IMG/VR virus record: IMGVR_UViG_3300029286_003706
Location: 14,011 to 78,010 of that record
Length of the DNA: 64,000 nt
From: a virus
Direction: 5' to 3' (one strand)
Position numbers and translations under genes: made by a program. The notes beneath the pieces were generated by a model. It did not search any database. It worked only from the letters and a program-made list of their open reading frames with translations, and was not told the origin of the DNA. Below, piece by piece: positions 29,899 to 40,286 of the stretch; position 1 is the stretch's first letter, and each line of letters opens with the position of its first letter.

Positions 29899-30198
29899 AT
29901 GGAAAATAATAGAATACCAATTGGACCGACTAGTGTAATAGAGGATTTATTTAGTAATGAATTAAATACTTTGCTAGATGAACTGATGAAAAAAATAACA
30001 TTGAAGGATTATACACACCCAGTTGGTACAGCGTGGATTTTAGTGAATGTTAGAAACAATGATTATAATCCAGTAGTTTTAAATGAAGTTAAACGCAGAT
30101 ATTTAAATGAGGGGTGGGGTAATGTTTTTTATAATATTATTGATAATGGAACAATTACCTTTCAACTTTATTTTCCACAAACTAAGAGTGTGTTATGA
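29899..30198 (+). CDS. Hypothetical protein
   Basis: Operon ORF. Confidence 0.6.
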   Translation: MENNRIPIGPTSVIEDLFSNELNTLLDELMKKITLKDYTHPVGTAWILVNVRNNDYNPVVLNEVKRRYLNEGWGNVFYNIIDNGTITFQLYFPQTKSVL

Positions 30199-30539
30199 AA
30201 GTTTTAATGTTATATTCTGGAAATTGGAACGATGAAATCGATGTCGATGGATTTGTTATAATGGAAAAAAGTTTTGTTTCTTATATGAAGAAATTTTTAA
30301 GAGATTTTGAATATACTATATCTGTTGATATTGGTTTTATTGAAACAATAGATTATGACAATGGAAAAGATTTACTTCAGGAAATTTCATTTTCAACAAT
30401 AACCAATGATGAATCTAATATTATTTCTAAATTTTTTGGTGAATCAAATGATTTTGGTGATAATCTTTTATTATCAATAAAAAGATCGTCAATTGATAAT
30501 GGTAATGAGGAATTCAACTTTGAAAAAAATAATAAATAA
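30195..30539 (+). CDS. Hypothetical protein
   Basis: ATGA overlap with the previous gene. Confidence 0.6.
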   Translation: MKVLMLYSGNWNDEIDVDGFVIMEKSFVSYMKKFLRDFEYTISVDIGFIETIDYDNGKDLLQEISFSTITNDESNIISKFFGESNDFGDNLLLSIKRSSIDNGNEEFNFEKNNK

Positions 30540-30540
30540 T

Positions 30541-30819
30541 ATGTTTCAAAAATATTATGAAATAATTTTAATTGATATCAAACAAATATCCAATAAGGAT
30601 TCATCTGGTAATGATTTATATGATGGTGAAGAAGTTGTAAGATATAGTGATGCTATAATTCCACTTGTGGGTGATGTTATTCATTTCGATTGTGGTTCTT
30701 ATATTGTACAAGAAAGACATCATTCGGCAGAATGTAATAAAAAAGTTTTATTGGTGGAAAAAATTGAAGAGAATGATCAAAATTTAGTCGCTGATGATAA
30801 ATTGACAATCAACGATTGA
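30541..30819 (+). CDS. Hypothetical protein
   Basis: Start re-assigned to the ATG just after the previous stop. Confidence 0.55.
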   Translation: MFQKYYEIILIDIKQISNKDSSGNDLYDGEEVVRYSDAIIPLVGDVIHFDCGSYIVQERHHSAECNKKVLLVEKIEENDQNLVADDKLTIND

Positions 30820-30851
30820 AATAAAAGTAAACAAATTAAAACTATAAAATA

Positions 30852-31226
30852 ATGATTTGGTATAAGATAGTTGATATAGAAAAAGGTAACGTAAAAACCC
30901 TTTTTCATGGTGTTGGAGGGTCTAGAACTCTTCCATATAACAAATGGTTAACTGCGGAAAAAAAGATGGTATCTGATGGTAAAAGTACTGAATATTTGTC
31001 AGGGTTCCATGTGATACCATCACATGAGGAAAGTGTAGATTATTTGATCAAATTTAAAAATACGGAAAAAAAGGCAATAATTCCGGTTTATGTTGATGGA
31101 GATGTTAGAAAAAAGGAACATAGTCCATCTAATGTTTGGTTGGCTGATAAAATATTTATACCAAATGGGTTTCTTTTTTCTGATTTACAAACTAATATTT
31201 TATCAACGATAAATGAAAGAAAATGA
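30852..31226 (+). CDS. Hypothetical phage protein
   Basis: 124-aa ORF (WYKI...TLFHG...YLSGFH). Confidence 0.65.
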   Translation: MIWYKIVDIEKGNVKTLFHGVGGSRTLPYNKWLTAEKKMVSDGKSTEYLSGFHVIPSHEESVDYLIKFKNTEKKAIIPVYVDGDVRKKEHSPSNVWLADKIFIPNGFLFSDLQTNILSTINERK

Positions 31227-31482
31227 ATTAGAAAAAATGAATAATTTCGTAAAAGAATTTTACGAAAAATTCGGAAAAGTCGATGTATCTCAATTAACTG
31301 GTCAGTTGAAAAAAGATTTTTTAAATGTCAAAAAAATGGTAGAGAAAACAGAAATTCAAATAAAGATTGCTGAAAATATTTTGGATACTTTTAGTATGTT
31401 TGATGTAAATTCCATCGAAATGGGTAGTAAAACCTATTCGAAACAAATTGTACCTGATAATAATTTTGATGAATTAGTATGA
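31213..31482 (+). CDS. Hypothetical protein
   Basis: Operon ORF. Confidence 0.55.
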   Translation: MKENELEKMNNFVKEFYEKFGKVDVSQLTGQLKKDFLNVKKMVEKTEIQIKIAENILDTFSMFDVNSIEMGSKTYSKQIVPDNNFDELV

Positions 31483-31623
31483 TAAAAACTTGGTATATTC
31501 CCATTATGGATAAAAAATCATATTCTGTAGGATATTGGAAAGTTAGTGACAAAACATATAATAAAATTTTTCAAACAGTAAATAATTATTTCATTAAATT
31601 CAATTTTGAAATGAAAACAATGA

Positions 31624-31872
31624 ATGATAAGCAAAGAAAAAGTCACTAAAGAAGAATTCGTGGACAAATTAAAAAAGTCTAAATATTTGATTTTTAGAAC
31701 GGAATTTGATGATGTAAAAATTTTCATCAGTGGATTTGGTAATAAATTTAAAATTGTAAAAGTAAAAAATGGAAATGTAAAAACAAGTGTGGATGGGTTT
31801 AATGGATATAGAAATATGGATGTTAATTTTTTGAAATACTGGTTTGATGAATATAAATTAATAATTGAATGA
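31624..31872 (+). CDS. Hypothetical protein
   Basis: Operon ORF. Confidence 0.55.
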   Translation: MISKEKVTKEEFVDKLKKSKYLIFRTEFDDVKIFISGFGNKFKIVKVKNGNVKTSVDGFNGYRNMDVNFLKYWFDEYKLIIE

Positions 31873-32276
31873 AAACTATGAAACTACTATCATATAAAGA
31901 TATTTATGAAACATATAATATCGGTGATGTTTTTTATGATAAAAATTTAAAAGATTTTTATTTTATATGTAGATATCACGAACAAGATGATAAGGTAATA
32001 ATTTTTACTGATACTTCTGGTAAAGAAACAATAATTCATTATTTAACATTTGGATCTAGATTATTACTTGTTATCGGAATCAATAAAATAAAAATATCAA
32101 TTCACTGGGATAAACCATTGTTTTTTAATAAAGAACAGGCTGATATTTTGAAAAGTATTAACATGGATAATATTATTGATGAATATGATAAATTTTTAAA
32201 AGATGGTTTAGAAAAAGGTATCATAACCGAAGAAGAATATAAAAACCCACAACTTATGAATATTCCACCTAAATGA
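31869..32276 (+). CDS. Hypothetical protein
   Basis: ATGA overlap with the previous gene. Confidence 0.6.
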   Translation: MKTMKLLSYKDIYETYNIGDVFYDKNLKDFYFICRYHEQDDKVIIFTDTSGKETIIHYLTFGSRLLLVIGINKIKISIHWDKPLFFNKEQADILKSINMDNIIDEYDKFLKDGLEKGIITEEEYKNPQLMNIPPK

Positions 32277-32342
32277 TAGAAATTAACGTTTCATGAATAT
32301 GGATTATGATTTTAAAACACCCTATGAACTATTGATACCCAA

Positions 32343-33134
32343 ATGATAAACATTATTATTTTCAGCAAAAATCGAGCATGTCAATTAGAGTTATTAATTC
32401 GTTCAATGAAGGAATTTTTCAAAGAATTTAGTGAATGTGAAATTAAAATTTTATATACTTATTCCAATTATGAATATGAAACCGGATATAATAAATTAAA
32501 AATCATTCATTTTGAGCCGAACATCAAATATGTTAAGGAATCAAAATTTCAGAATGATTTAATATTTCTATTCGATAAATCACAACCATTCACTATATTT
32601 TTTGTTGATGATAATGTTTTTAAAGAACCATTTTCATTAGAAGATAAGGAATTCAAAACATTTTCAAGTAGGAAAGATATTTTGACATTATCATTGAGAT
32701 TACATCCCAGATTAAATTACTGTTATCCGGCTAGATTAAGACAAGTATCACCACAAATGGATACAGATGGTGTTTATAATTGGTTTGGAAAACCGGGAGA
32801 TTTTGGATACCCGATGTCATTAGATGGCCATATCTACTATACGAAGAATATCCAGTATTATTTTTCCAATTATCGTTTTAATGGACCTAATGATCTAGAA
32901 AGTCAAATGGCAATGAATCCGATTCCAATCCCAAATATGATGTGTTACAATAAATCTAGAATAATTAACTTACCAGTTAATAAAGTTCAAGATTTTAATA
33001 ACAATGTTCATGGAAAAATCCCAGCTAAATATTTGAATGAACAATTTTTAACTGGGAAGATAATATCAATGGAAAATATCAGGGGAATTGACAATACTAG
33101 TTGTCACCAAGAGATTGAAATTCTCTTACATTAA
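32343..33134 (+). CDS. GT-A fold glycosyltransferase
   Basis: IIIFSKNRACQL start and FFVDD acidic motif. Confidence 0.7.
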   Translation: MINIIIFSKNRACQLELLIRSMKEFFKEFSECEIKILYTYSNYEYETGYNKLKIIHFEPNIKYVKESKFQNDLIFLFDKSQPFTIFFVDDNVFKEPFSLEDKEFKTFSSRKDILTLSLRLHPRLNYCYPARLRQVSPQMDTDGVYNWFGKPGDFGYPMSLDGHIYYTKNIQYYFSNYRFNGPNDLESQMAMNPIPIPNMMCYNKSRIINLPVNKVQDFNNNVHGKIPAKYLNEQFLTGKIISMENIRGIDNTSCHQEIEILLH

Positions 33135-33279
33135 TCTGACCAAAAACTATCACTATTTTTACAAATTTCTTCACCTTCTAATGATATACTTACTTCGATT
33201 ACAGTGTATTCATTATCATAATCACGTTCTTTACTTGTTGAAATTTGTATAGTCAAGTTATCTTTTAAAAAACTACGCA

Positions 33280-33816
33280 TTACTTTCCTTGAAACAGTTC
33301 AAATGTTCCGTCTTTTTTATTAATTTTCATCACACCCCTACGTGACTTATCATTATCATATGCATTATCTAGAAAAAGAAAATCATCTGATTCCATGTGA
33401 GTATATGATTGACAATACAGAAACCCAGTTTCAATGTTATAGTAGTTATTATCAAGATGATAGATAACACTATTCTTTATCAAGTACGGTGATTTGAAAT
33501 GATCACAGATAACCTTTTCATCACCATTCTTATTTAAGATCACCCAATTGCCTTCTAGGTGTTTAGGATCTTTACTTCCTGACATTTTAAGGATATCTTT
33601 AGGATAAAATGCTTCTGTATATTTCAAAATTGCGAAGTATTCATCAATGTTGAGTTTTGGTGTACTCATACCACCAATTCTGTAAAGAGTATTTCTTATG
33701 GGTTTACCATCCCGACAAAGTAATATAAAATCATTACAATGTTCATTCCACTCTTTTCTGTATGATTCATCAATCTGAATACTACCAAATTGTAACTTGC
33801 CTATATTATTTTCCAT
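33280..33816 (-). CDS. Hypothetical protein
   Basis: 178-aa ORF. Confidence 0.7.
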   Translation of the reverse strand: MENNIGKLQFGSIQIDESYRKEWNEHCNDFILLCRDGKPIRNTLYRIGGMSTPKLNIDEYFAILKYTEAFYPKDILKMSGSKDPKHLEGNWVILNKNGDEKVICDHFKSPYLIKNSVIYHLDNNYYNIETGFLYCQSYTHMESDDFLFLDNAYDNDKSRRGVMKINKKDGTFELFQGK

Positions 33817-33849
33817 AGTTGTTCTTTTGGTTTTATGGTTTTATTGTGA

Positions 33850-34368
33850 TTACGATGCTTTTTTATATTCGTTAAGAAAATTTGAATTCAATTTAAAATC
33901 CGGTTTTAATCCACTTTTCAAACTCAATTTAGCTACGGTATCAGCTATTTCGTTACCATAAATACCTATGTGTGCTTTTATCCAACGAATTTCAACATTT
34001 TTATTATGTTTTAAATCTTTACATTTGTTGGCTATTTTTAATAAGAGATTGTTATCTTCGGTTTTATTTTTTTTCTTACATTTACATTTTTTATTCAATA
34101 ACAAAAAAACGTGAAGATTGTCGGTATAAATTACCCTTTTTTCTTTTTTCTCTTTTTTATTATTTCCTTTAATAAATGATAACGCTTTATAAATCGCGTA
34201 ACATTCACCAATGCTTGTACTGGATTTTTCGTTTGAAGAATTGAATTCACAATTTAGATGTTCGGTACTGGTTTTAAATCCAAATATTTCTTCGTTATCA
34301 TCATTTAATATGACGAAAGAAACCCCGAAATCGTTTAATGAACCTGCACAATCAGTATAAATATCCAT
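33850..34368 (-). CDS. rnhA: Ribonuclease HI
   Basis: IYTD, GECYAI, IYTDN, WIKAHIGIYGNEIAD; start at MDIYTD behind TAACTTTG (34387-34394, minus strand). Confidence 0.88.
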   Translation of the reverse strand: MDIYTDCAGSLNDFGVSFVILNDDNEEIFGFKTSTEHLNCEFNSSNEKSSTSIGECYAIYKALSFIKGNNKKEKKEKRVIYTDNLHVFLLLNKKCKCKKKNKTEDNNLLLKIANKCKDLKHNKNVEIRWIKAHIGIYGNEIADTVAKLSLKSGLKPDFKLNSNFLNEYKKAS

Positions 34369-34431
34369 ATATATTGAATTGGAATACAAAGTTACGATTA
34401 TTTCTGGAAGAAAAAAATTATATATACAAAC

Positions 34432-35001
34432 ATGAAAAACTTCAATCAATTTTTATTCGAAGAAATAATATCAGATCCAAAATCACTTTTAGATAGTATT
34501 AATGCTAAAAAAGTATCTACTAATATTTTTAATATAAATATTAATGATTTTAAGGATATAGAAGATTTGTTTGAAGATGAAAAATTTAATAAAGAATTGA
34601 TTAATGGTGAATTTAAAAAAGATAATTTAGAAAGTACAAAAGAATATGAAACTTTTTTAAAAAATACCTTAAATGTTAAATATTTTTTAATATTTAAAGA
34701 TAATCAAAATGAATTGGAAAAACCAAAATATATTTTCATTCAAATAAAAAAAGATCAAAAGTGGGGAACAATACAATTTTATAAAGTTAATTCGAATATG
34801 AAGAATTTCTATGATTTATTAACGAATAAGAAAATAGAAATAAAATCAAATGGAAAAAGTTACATTTATGTTACTACAAATGGTGGATTTGATTGGACAC
34901 TTCAAAATTTACAAAATCAGGATTCATCATTTAAAAATATAATGAGGAATGAAGATATTAATAAAATACTTCAAAATTCCATTGTTCAAGAAATAGATTA
35001 A
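34432..35001 (+). CDS. Hypothetical protein with capsid-targeting-like leader
   Basis: MKNFNQFLFEE. Confidence 0.65.
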   Translation: MKNFNQFLFEEIISDPKSLLDSINAKKVSTNIFNININDFKDIEDLFEDEKFNKELINGEFKKDNLESTKEYETFLKNTLNVKYFLIFKDNQNELEKPKYIFIQIKKDQKWGTIQFYKVNSNMKNFYDLLTNKKIEIKSNGKSYIYVTTNGGFDWTLQNLQNQDSSFKNIMRNEDINKILQNSIVQEID

Positions 35002-35066
35002 ACTTTTCAATTTTTATTAAATACAACCAAACAATTAGAATATATAAAAATAAACGGAAATTTTTT

Positions 35067-35528
35067 ATGAAAAAATACGAACTTTTAAGAATTAATGATG
35101 TTTTAGTAAAATCCATCAATTATCAAAACCATGAATTTGCTTATGCAATCTTTAAGAATAAACAAATAATAGAAAATGCATTATTGGAAGTTGATTTTAT
35201 GAATGATGTTGCACCAGAATATGTGGAATATGAAAATAAGAGAATAGATTTGTGTAGAAAAACTTGTAAAAAAGATTCTAACGGAATGGATATTGTTAAA
35301 GATGGTCGATTTGAAATTGAAGATACTGAAACTTTTAAAAGAGTTATGGAAGAACTTAGAGAAATGTATAAACTTCATATTGATAAAAGGGATGAACAAA
35401 TAAATCTTTTTAATCAAATAATGCAACAAGATATAGAATTACAATTTGTTATGGTTGAAAAGAAAGATTTACCAGTTGAAATAAAAACAGCAACTGAAAT
35501 GTTTGAATATGGATTTATGATTTTATAA
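35067..35528 (+). CDS. Hypothetical protein
   Basis: 153-aa helical ORF. Confidence 0.65.
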   Translation: MKKYELLRINDVLVKSINYQNHEFAYAIFKNKQIIENALLEVDFMNDVAPEYVEYENKRIDLCRKTCKKDSNGMDIVKDGRFEIEDTETFKRVMEELREMYKLHIDKRDEQINLFNQIMQQDIELQFVMVEKKDLPVEIKTATEMFEYGFMIL

Positions 35529-36020
35529 TCATCCTTGAAAATTCGAATTTATCATCCTGATCGGACGAACATATGACCAAGCATTTTTCCATAAAATGTG
35601 TTCCCAACCATTAACAAAATTGATTGTATGAACCATATCAACTAAATTTCCCTGTTCAGTGGAACTCCAATATATAGACATTGGTTCGTTTGATTCATTT
35701 AATTCAAATCCACCTATAATAGTTCTTTGTTTATACATTTCTCGTAGTTCATTAAGTGATGGTAAAAACCAATCTGTATATCCACTTAATGTTAAATCTG
35801 AACAAATTTTGGCTGATATATTAGATACGTGACAACCATTTATAATATTAACTGTATTACCAGAACCAGACCCAATATCTGATGAAGTTCCTATTAAAAT
35901 ATTTGGACATCCCCATTGATAAGATCCAAAAATATCATTTTGGGCAGCTATTAAACCACTATCTCCAGAATCCCACGTATAAAATACAGTACCACCACTT
36001 AAAACATCACCAATATTCAT
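35529..36020 (-). CDS. DUF1566/Lcl-like domain protein
   Basis: GG.VFY, G..NT..I, GYTDWFLPSLNEL, YWSST, VRPIR. Confidence 0.8.
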   Translation of the reverse strand: MNIGDVLSGGTVFYTWDSGDSGLIAAQNDIFGSYQWGCPNILIGTSSDIGSGSGNTVNIINGCHVSNISAKICSDLTLSGYTDWFLPSLNELREMYKQRTIIGGFELNESNEPMSIYWSSTEQGNLVDMVHTINFVNGWEHILWKNAWSYVRPIRMINSNFQG

Positions 36021-36070
36021 TTTAATATAATTTTTTTTATTATATATTAAAAATGATAATTCTTAAAATT

Positions 36071-36703
36071 CTAATATTGATAATTCTTTGTGCTTTTACG
36101 GCATTTTATTTGTGCAAGATTATTTTTTTCTCGATCCCCTTTTTCTAATCCAAATTTTTTCTTTTTTAAAACCAACCCCTCAATCATGTCTATTTTTGTT
36201 AATTTTTCCCAAATTGAATCGAATTCAGTGAAAAATGATTTTACCAACCAAACGTTTTCAGTTATTTGATAACTATATTCATTTTCACCTATGATCTGAT
36301 CCTTAAAAATATCGTATAAAAGTTTCCATCTATCTTCAAATGTTTTTCCAAGAAAATAATCATCATTAAAAACAAGAATATCGAATATAACAAATTTATG
36401 GTTGAATGTTTTATTTGTTTCATCTTTCTTTGATTTGTCCATGTATTCACCCACCACAACATTCCAACCATCGTTTTGAAATAATTTACGTAATTCAGAC
36501 GGATCTAATTTCCATCTTGTTAACGGTTCGTTATGACGATTCATTGGTAGAAATTTTTCGGAATTGAAAAAAATCGGACCACAATCACCATTGAATTTTG
36601 GTTGAGCTAAAAATGAACCATCATCATATTCTCTAAGAACTGATTTTGGTATTTTTTTTTCCGGACGTGGTGGATAAATGTAACGATAAGATTTATATTC
36701 CAT
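36071..36703 (-). CDS. ATP-dependent ligase adenylation-domain protein
   Basis: QPKFNG (motif I), NRH, GE, FDIL, EGLVLK, K.R; no OB domain. Confidence 0.8.
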   Translation of the reverse strand: MEYKSYRYIYPPRPEKKIPKSVLREYDDGSFLAQPKFNGDCGPIFFNSEKFLPMNRHNEPLTRWKLDPSELRKLFQNDGWNVVVGEYMDKSKKDETNKTFNHKFVIFDILVFNDDYFLGKTFEDRWKLLYDIFKDQIIGENEYSYQITENVWLVKSFFTEFDSIWEKLTKIDMIEGLVLKKKKFGLEKGDREKNNLAQIKCRKSTKNYQY

Positions 36704-36927
36704 AGATTATTTTTCTTTCAAATATGATTTTAAAATAACAATTCGTTTCAGTCGATTTTTACAAAAATGATTAGTACCGTGTTTGATAATTGATTTTCGA
36801 CATGATAATTCTAAATATTTTATTTTGGATAAAGCTTCTACTTTAGTTAAATTTTCCATATTTCCATTATTTTTCAAATACAAAATTACAACTTTTTTTA
36901 ATTAAAAAAAATTTTATATATATCTTT

Positions 36928-37902
36928 ATGATAAAAAAATTCCATTTATTTGAAAAACAACTGCAACTTTTTGATTTACCAAAAACAGATAAGGATGTTA
37001 TACACCAAGTCATAACCAAACATCAAACAAAACCAGTACCAGTAAATATTAAAAGGGGAAATAAATTACAAGATGATTTGGATAAGTGGACGAGTGAAGA
37101 AATTATAAACAAAAAAATTTATGATTATTTGAAAAATAGTGATTTTGGTGGTGATTATATGGATTTATTATCGAAAAATCTTGAAGTTTTATGTGATTAC
37201 GTGGAAGAAAAACCAGAAATGATTTCTAATAGTTATAAAAATTTACCAGAATGGCCAAAAAATGAACGGGGAAAAGAAAAAACTTTATCAGAAATAATAA
37301 GGTCTGATGATTATTGGTTTTGTCATGTAGATAATTACGTTGAAGATGAAGACGATTTTAAAAATTATTTTTTGGAATCCACAAAAAATAATTTATATCA
37401 ACTTTATGACGTAGAATATTTATATGATTTGAAAGATGCTATTTATGATTCAAAAGACCCATATAGATTGAAAATTTATAGGGCTATAACATTACCAAAG
37501 AATGTCGAAGAGTTGGACGATTATAATGGTGTCGGTGTTTATTGGACGTATGACAAAGAAAAAGCGGAGGCTTATTGGTCCAAACATAATAGAGAATTTA
37601 TTTTAGAAGGATGGGTTTATTCTAATGGAATTGATTGGGAAGAAACGGTTTATAAGTCTATTTATATTATGAAAGATGAAAGGGAAATTTTTTTATATAA
37701 TGAAACACCAATTGAATTGACTTCGGTTTATATGAAAAGTATATATAATGAATTTAGAGAAATTAATTCAGTAATTGATGAAGAAAAACGGATTATTAAA
37801 TTATTTGGTTTGAAAAGCGATCAAATTTCAAATTATTTAATAAACAAACACAAAAATATGTCTACGATTATTTTTGATGAACCAATCTGGGTGAAAGCAT
37901 GA
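36928..37902 (+). CDS. ADP-ribosyltransferase-fold protein with leader
   Basis: IYRAI, GVYWT...AEAY, DEREI; N-terminus MIKKFHLFE. Confidence 0.55.
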   Translation: MIKKFHLFEKQLQLFDLPKTDKDVIHQVITKHQTKPVPVNIKRGNKLQDDLDKWTSEEIINKKIYDYLKNSDFGGDYMDLLSKNLEVLCDYVEEKPEMISNSYKNLPEWPKNERGKEKTLSEIIRSDDYWFCHVDNYVEDEDDFKNYFLESTKNNLYQLYDVEYLYDLKDAIYDSKDPYRLKIYRAITLPKNVEELDDYNGVGVYWTYDKEKAEAYWSKHNREFILEGWVYSNGIDWEETVYKSIYIMKDEREIFLYNETPIELTSVYMKSIYNEFREINSVIDEEKRIIKLFGLKSDQISNYLINKHKNMSTIIFDEPIWVKA

Positions 37903-37929
37903 AAAAAGGTGATAAATATCACCTTTTTT
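37902..37929. terminator. Bidirectional intrinsic terminator
   Basis: aaaaaaggtgat-aaat-atcacctttttt between convergent genes. Confidence 0.8.
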
Positions 37930-37960
37930 CAAAAACATAAACAACCAAAAACAACCAAAT

Positions 37961-38578
37961 TTATTTTACATTTTCACCAATTTTGGCGTTTTTCAGACCA
38001 AAAATCGGACGAATATCAGAAATATATTCTGAGATATTTCCTTTTCCGATGGTAATTGCCCGATCAATAGAACCCTTTTTTACTATCATCACGGTCTTGG
38101 CCTTGATCAAACGATCCTTTTCATCAGTAGGAATATCCTTAATCTTTTCAATGGCCTTAGAAATCAAATCACCATATTTCTGAATGAGTTCAGTATCGAG
38201 TGAAAATTCGGTAATTTCTTCTGTTACTTCACCATTGTATTTTTCGGTGAGTTCGGTGAATGTATCCTCAGTTGGTTTGATATACTTATCCGATGGAATC
38301 AACATTACCGATGATCCACTTTCAGAAGTAAGAATGAAAGAATCCGGGTTTACTCCGGTTTTCTTGTATTGTGAGTTGAAAACATCAATACAGGATGGTT
38401 TAAAGTCAGCTTCCACCATTTCTAACTTTGCCTTGATGTTGTCCATCTCAGCTTTCAATTGTGCATACTTAATTAAATTCTGATCGAAATCAGTTCCGTC
38501 AACCTTGACGATAACTTTTTCGGATTTCTTGGTTGAAGAACCTGTAGCTTTTGCTTTTGATTTGTCGAATAAGTTCAT
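37961..38578 (-). CDS. Hypothetical early protein
   Basis: Own TACCTTTG promoter (38615-38622, minus strand) and terminator. Confidence 0.75.
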   Translation of the reverse strand: MNLFDKSKAKATGSSTKKSEKVIVKVDGTDFDQNLIKYAQLKAEMDNIKAKLEMVEADFKPSCIDVFNSQYKKTGVNPDSFILTSESGSSVMLIPSDKYIKPTEDTFTELTEKYNGEVTEEITEFSLDTELIQKYGDLISKAIEKIKDIPTDEKDRLIKAKTVMIVKKGSIDRAITIGKGNISEYISDIRPIFGLKNAKIGENVK

Positions 38579-38650
38579 AATTTTTTGTTTTAGGGTTTAT
38601 TTAATTTGACTGTACAAAGGTACGAACATTTACAATATAAAAAAAATTTT

Positions 38651-39085
38651 TCACAAAATTTTTGATATTTTTTTTACTTTAGTTAATTCGTCATATAAAA
38701 CACCATAGTAATTTTTGGTTGGTCTATCATTATCAAATTTTAAAAAATTCAATTTAATTCCCTTAGATTTTAATAAATTACAAAATTCATAATCACAACA
38801 TTCTGGATAAAAAGTTAAACCAAATGTAAATGTAAACATATCAGATGACATTTCTATTTCTTCCCTACATTTAAAAGATTTCAAATCATCAATATATTCG
38901 TTTTTTGGATTAGTATATATTGTAAAATGAAACATTTCATCTTTTAAATAAAGATGATAAAATATTATATAATTGTGTGGAATATTAGTCTTACCGAAAA
39001 GTAAAGTTTTATTAGATTTGTTTTCTAAATCTTCGATTTTTATTTTTGATTTTCTTGTTAGAATTTCTAATTGTTTCTTATTCAT
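38651..39085 (-). CDS. Hypothetical protein
   Basis: Follows prs. Confidence 0.6.
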   Translation of the reverse strand: MNKKQLEILTRKSKIKIEDLENKSNKTLLFGKTNIPHNYIIFYHLYLKDEMFHFTIYTNPKNEYIDDLKSFKCREEIEMSSDMFTFTFGLTFYPECCDYEFCNLLKSKGIKLNFLKFDNDRPTKNYYGVLYDELTKVKKISKIL

Positions 39086-39091
39086 AGTTGG

Positions 39092-40033
39092 TTATTTTAA
39101 AAATAATGAACTTAATGATTTATTTGTATCTATTTTTTTAATAGCTTTTGCCAACATATCGGAACAACTTAAAACAATAATTTTCGATGATTGTTGTTTT
39201 AATGGAATGGTATCAAGAACAAATATTTCTGTTATTTTTGATTTTTCTAAATTTTCATAAGCATTTCCAGATAAAACTGGATGTGTTACCAAGCATCTTA
39301 CACTTTTTGCACCTTTATCCATCATAAGATCAGCAGCTTTACATAAAGTTCCACCAGTATCTATCATATCATCTATAATAAAAACATCCTTACCAGTTAC
39401 ATCCCCAATAAGAATCATTTTATCAATTTCATTTTTCTTTTTACGTGTTTTGGAACAAATAACATAATCAACATTAAATTTATCAGCATATCTAGACATA
39501 CGTTTCACACCCCCGTTATCAGGGGCTGCAAATTGTAGATTTTGAATTATACCATCAGTTAACATTTTCTGAATGTGTGGCCAGAAAACATATGTACCAA
39601 ATAACTGATCAAAAGGAATATTAAAAAAAGCCCCAATCTGATCAGCGTGTAAATCAATTGAAACAACGCGAGTTGCCCCAGAAATTGTTAAAAAATCAGA
39701 CATTAATTTGGATGCAATACCAACCCTTGGTTTATCTTTTCGGTCCTGTCTAGAATAAGAAAAAAATGGAATTACGGCGATGATTTGATTGGCACTCGCT
39801 CTTTTAGCGGCATCTATCATCATAAATAATTCTCCCCAATTGTCGAATGGTGGATTGGTTGATTGTATTAAATAAACATCTCTACCTCTTAAATTTTCTT
39901 CGAATGTTGGTTGAAATTCACCATCAGAAAATATCACTTTTTTAATCTTCCCCAAGGGAACACCCAGATTAAAGGCAACTTTTTCTGATAATTCTTTACT
40001 AGCCGAACCGGAAAATATTTTTATTTTTCTCAT
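39092..40033 (-). CDS. prs: Ribose-phosphate pyrophosphokinase
   Basis: FSDGE, YSRQDRK, DLHADQI, PDNGG, IIDDMIDTGGT, THPVLSG. Confidence 0.96.
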   Translation of the reverse strand: MRKIKIFSGSASKELSEKVAFNLGVPLGKIKKVIFSDGEFQPTFEENLRGRDVYLIQSTNPPFDNWGELFMMIDAAKRASANQIIAVIPFFSYSRQDRKDKPRVGIASKLMSDFLTISGATRVVSIDLHADQIGAFFNIPFDQLFGTYVFWPHIQKMLTDGIIQNLQFAAPDNGGVKRMSRYADKFNVDYVICSKTRKKKNEIDKMILIGDVTGKDVFIIDDMIDTGGTLCKAADLMMDKGAKSVRCLVTHPVLSGNAYENLEKSKITEIFVLDTIPLKQQSSKIIVLSCSDMLAKAIKKIDTNKSLSSLFLK

Positions 40034-40133
40034 ATTTTATGGACTTTTTACAAAGATATAAAAAATTATTAATAAATAAAAATAAAATGGACTTTTATTT
40101 ATTAATATATAATAAGAAACAATAAATAGTAAT

Positions 40134-40286
40134 ATGAAAAAAGTTTTTAGTTTTTCAATAGATGAAAACATTATAAAAAATCTTGATAAATTCTGTAAAG
40201 ATGGTTTGATAACAAAATCAAAATTGATTAATAAAATTATACAAGATTTTATTGAAAAAGAAAATAAGAAAAATGATAGTAAGTGA
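40134..40286 (+). CDS. Ribbon-helix-helix (CopG-like) protein, absent from the ORF track
   Basis: MKKVFSFSIDENIIKNLDKFC...TKSKLINKIIQDFI, 50 aa, overlapping the endonuclease start. Confidence 0.7.
   Translation: MKKVFSFSIDENIIKNLDKFCKDGLITKSKLINKIIQDFIEKENKKNDSK

Noticed and set aside
39092-40033. Prs as the ADPR-PP synthetase of a NARP1 NAD-reconstitution pathway
   Set aside because: The sequence looks like a canonical full-length Prs and no Nampt/Namat partner is adjacent; a partner outside the window cannot be excluded
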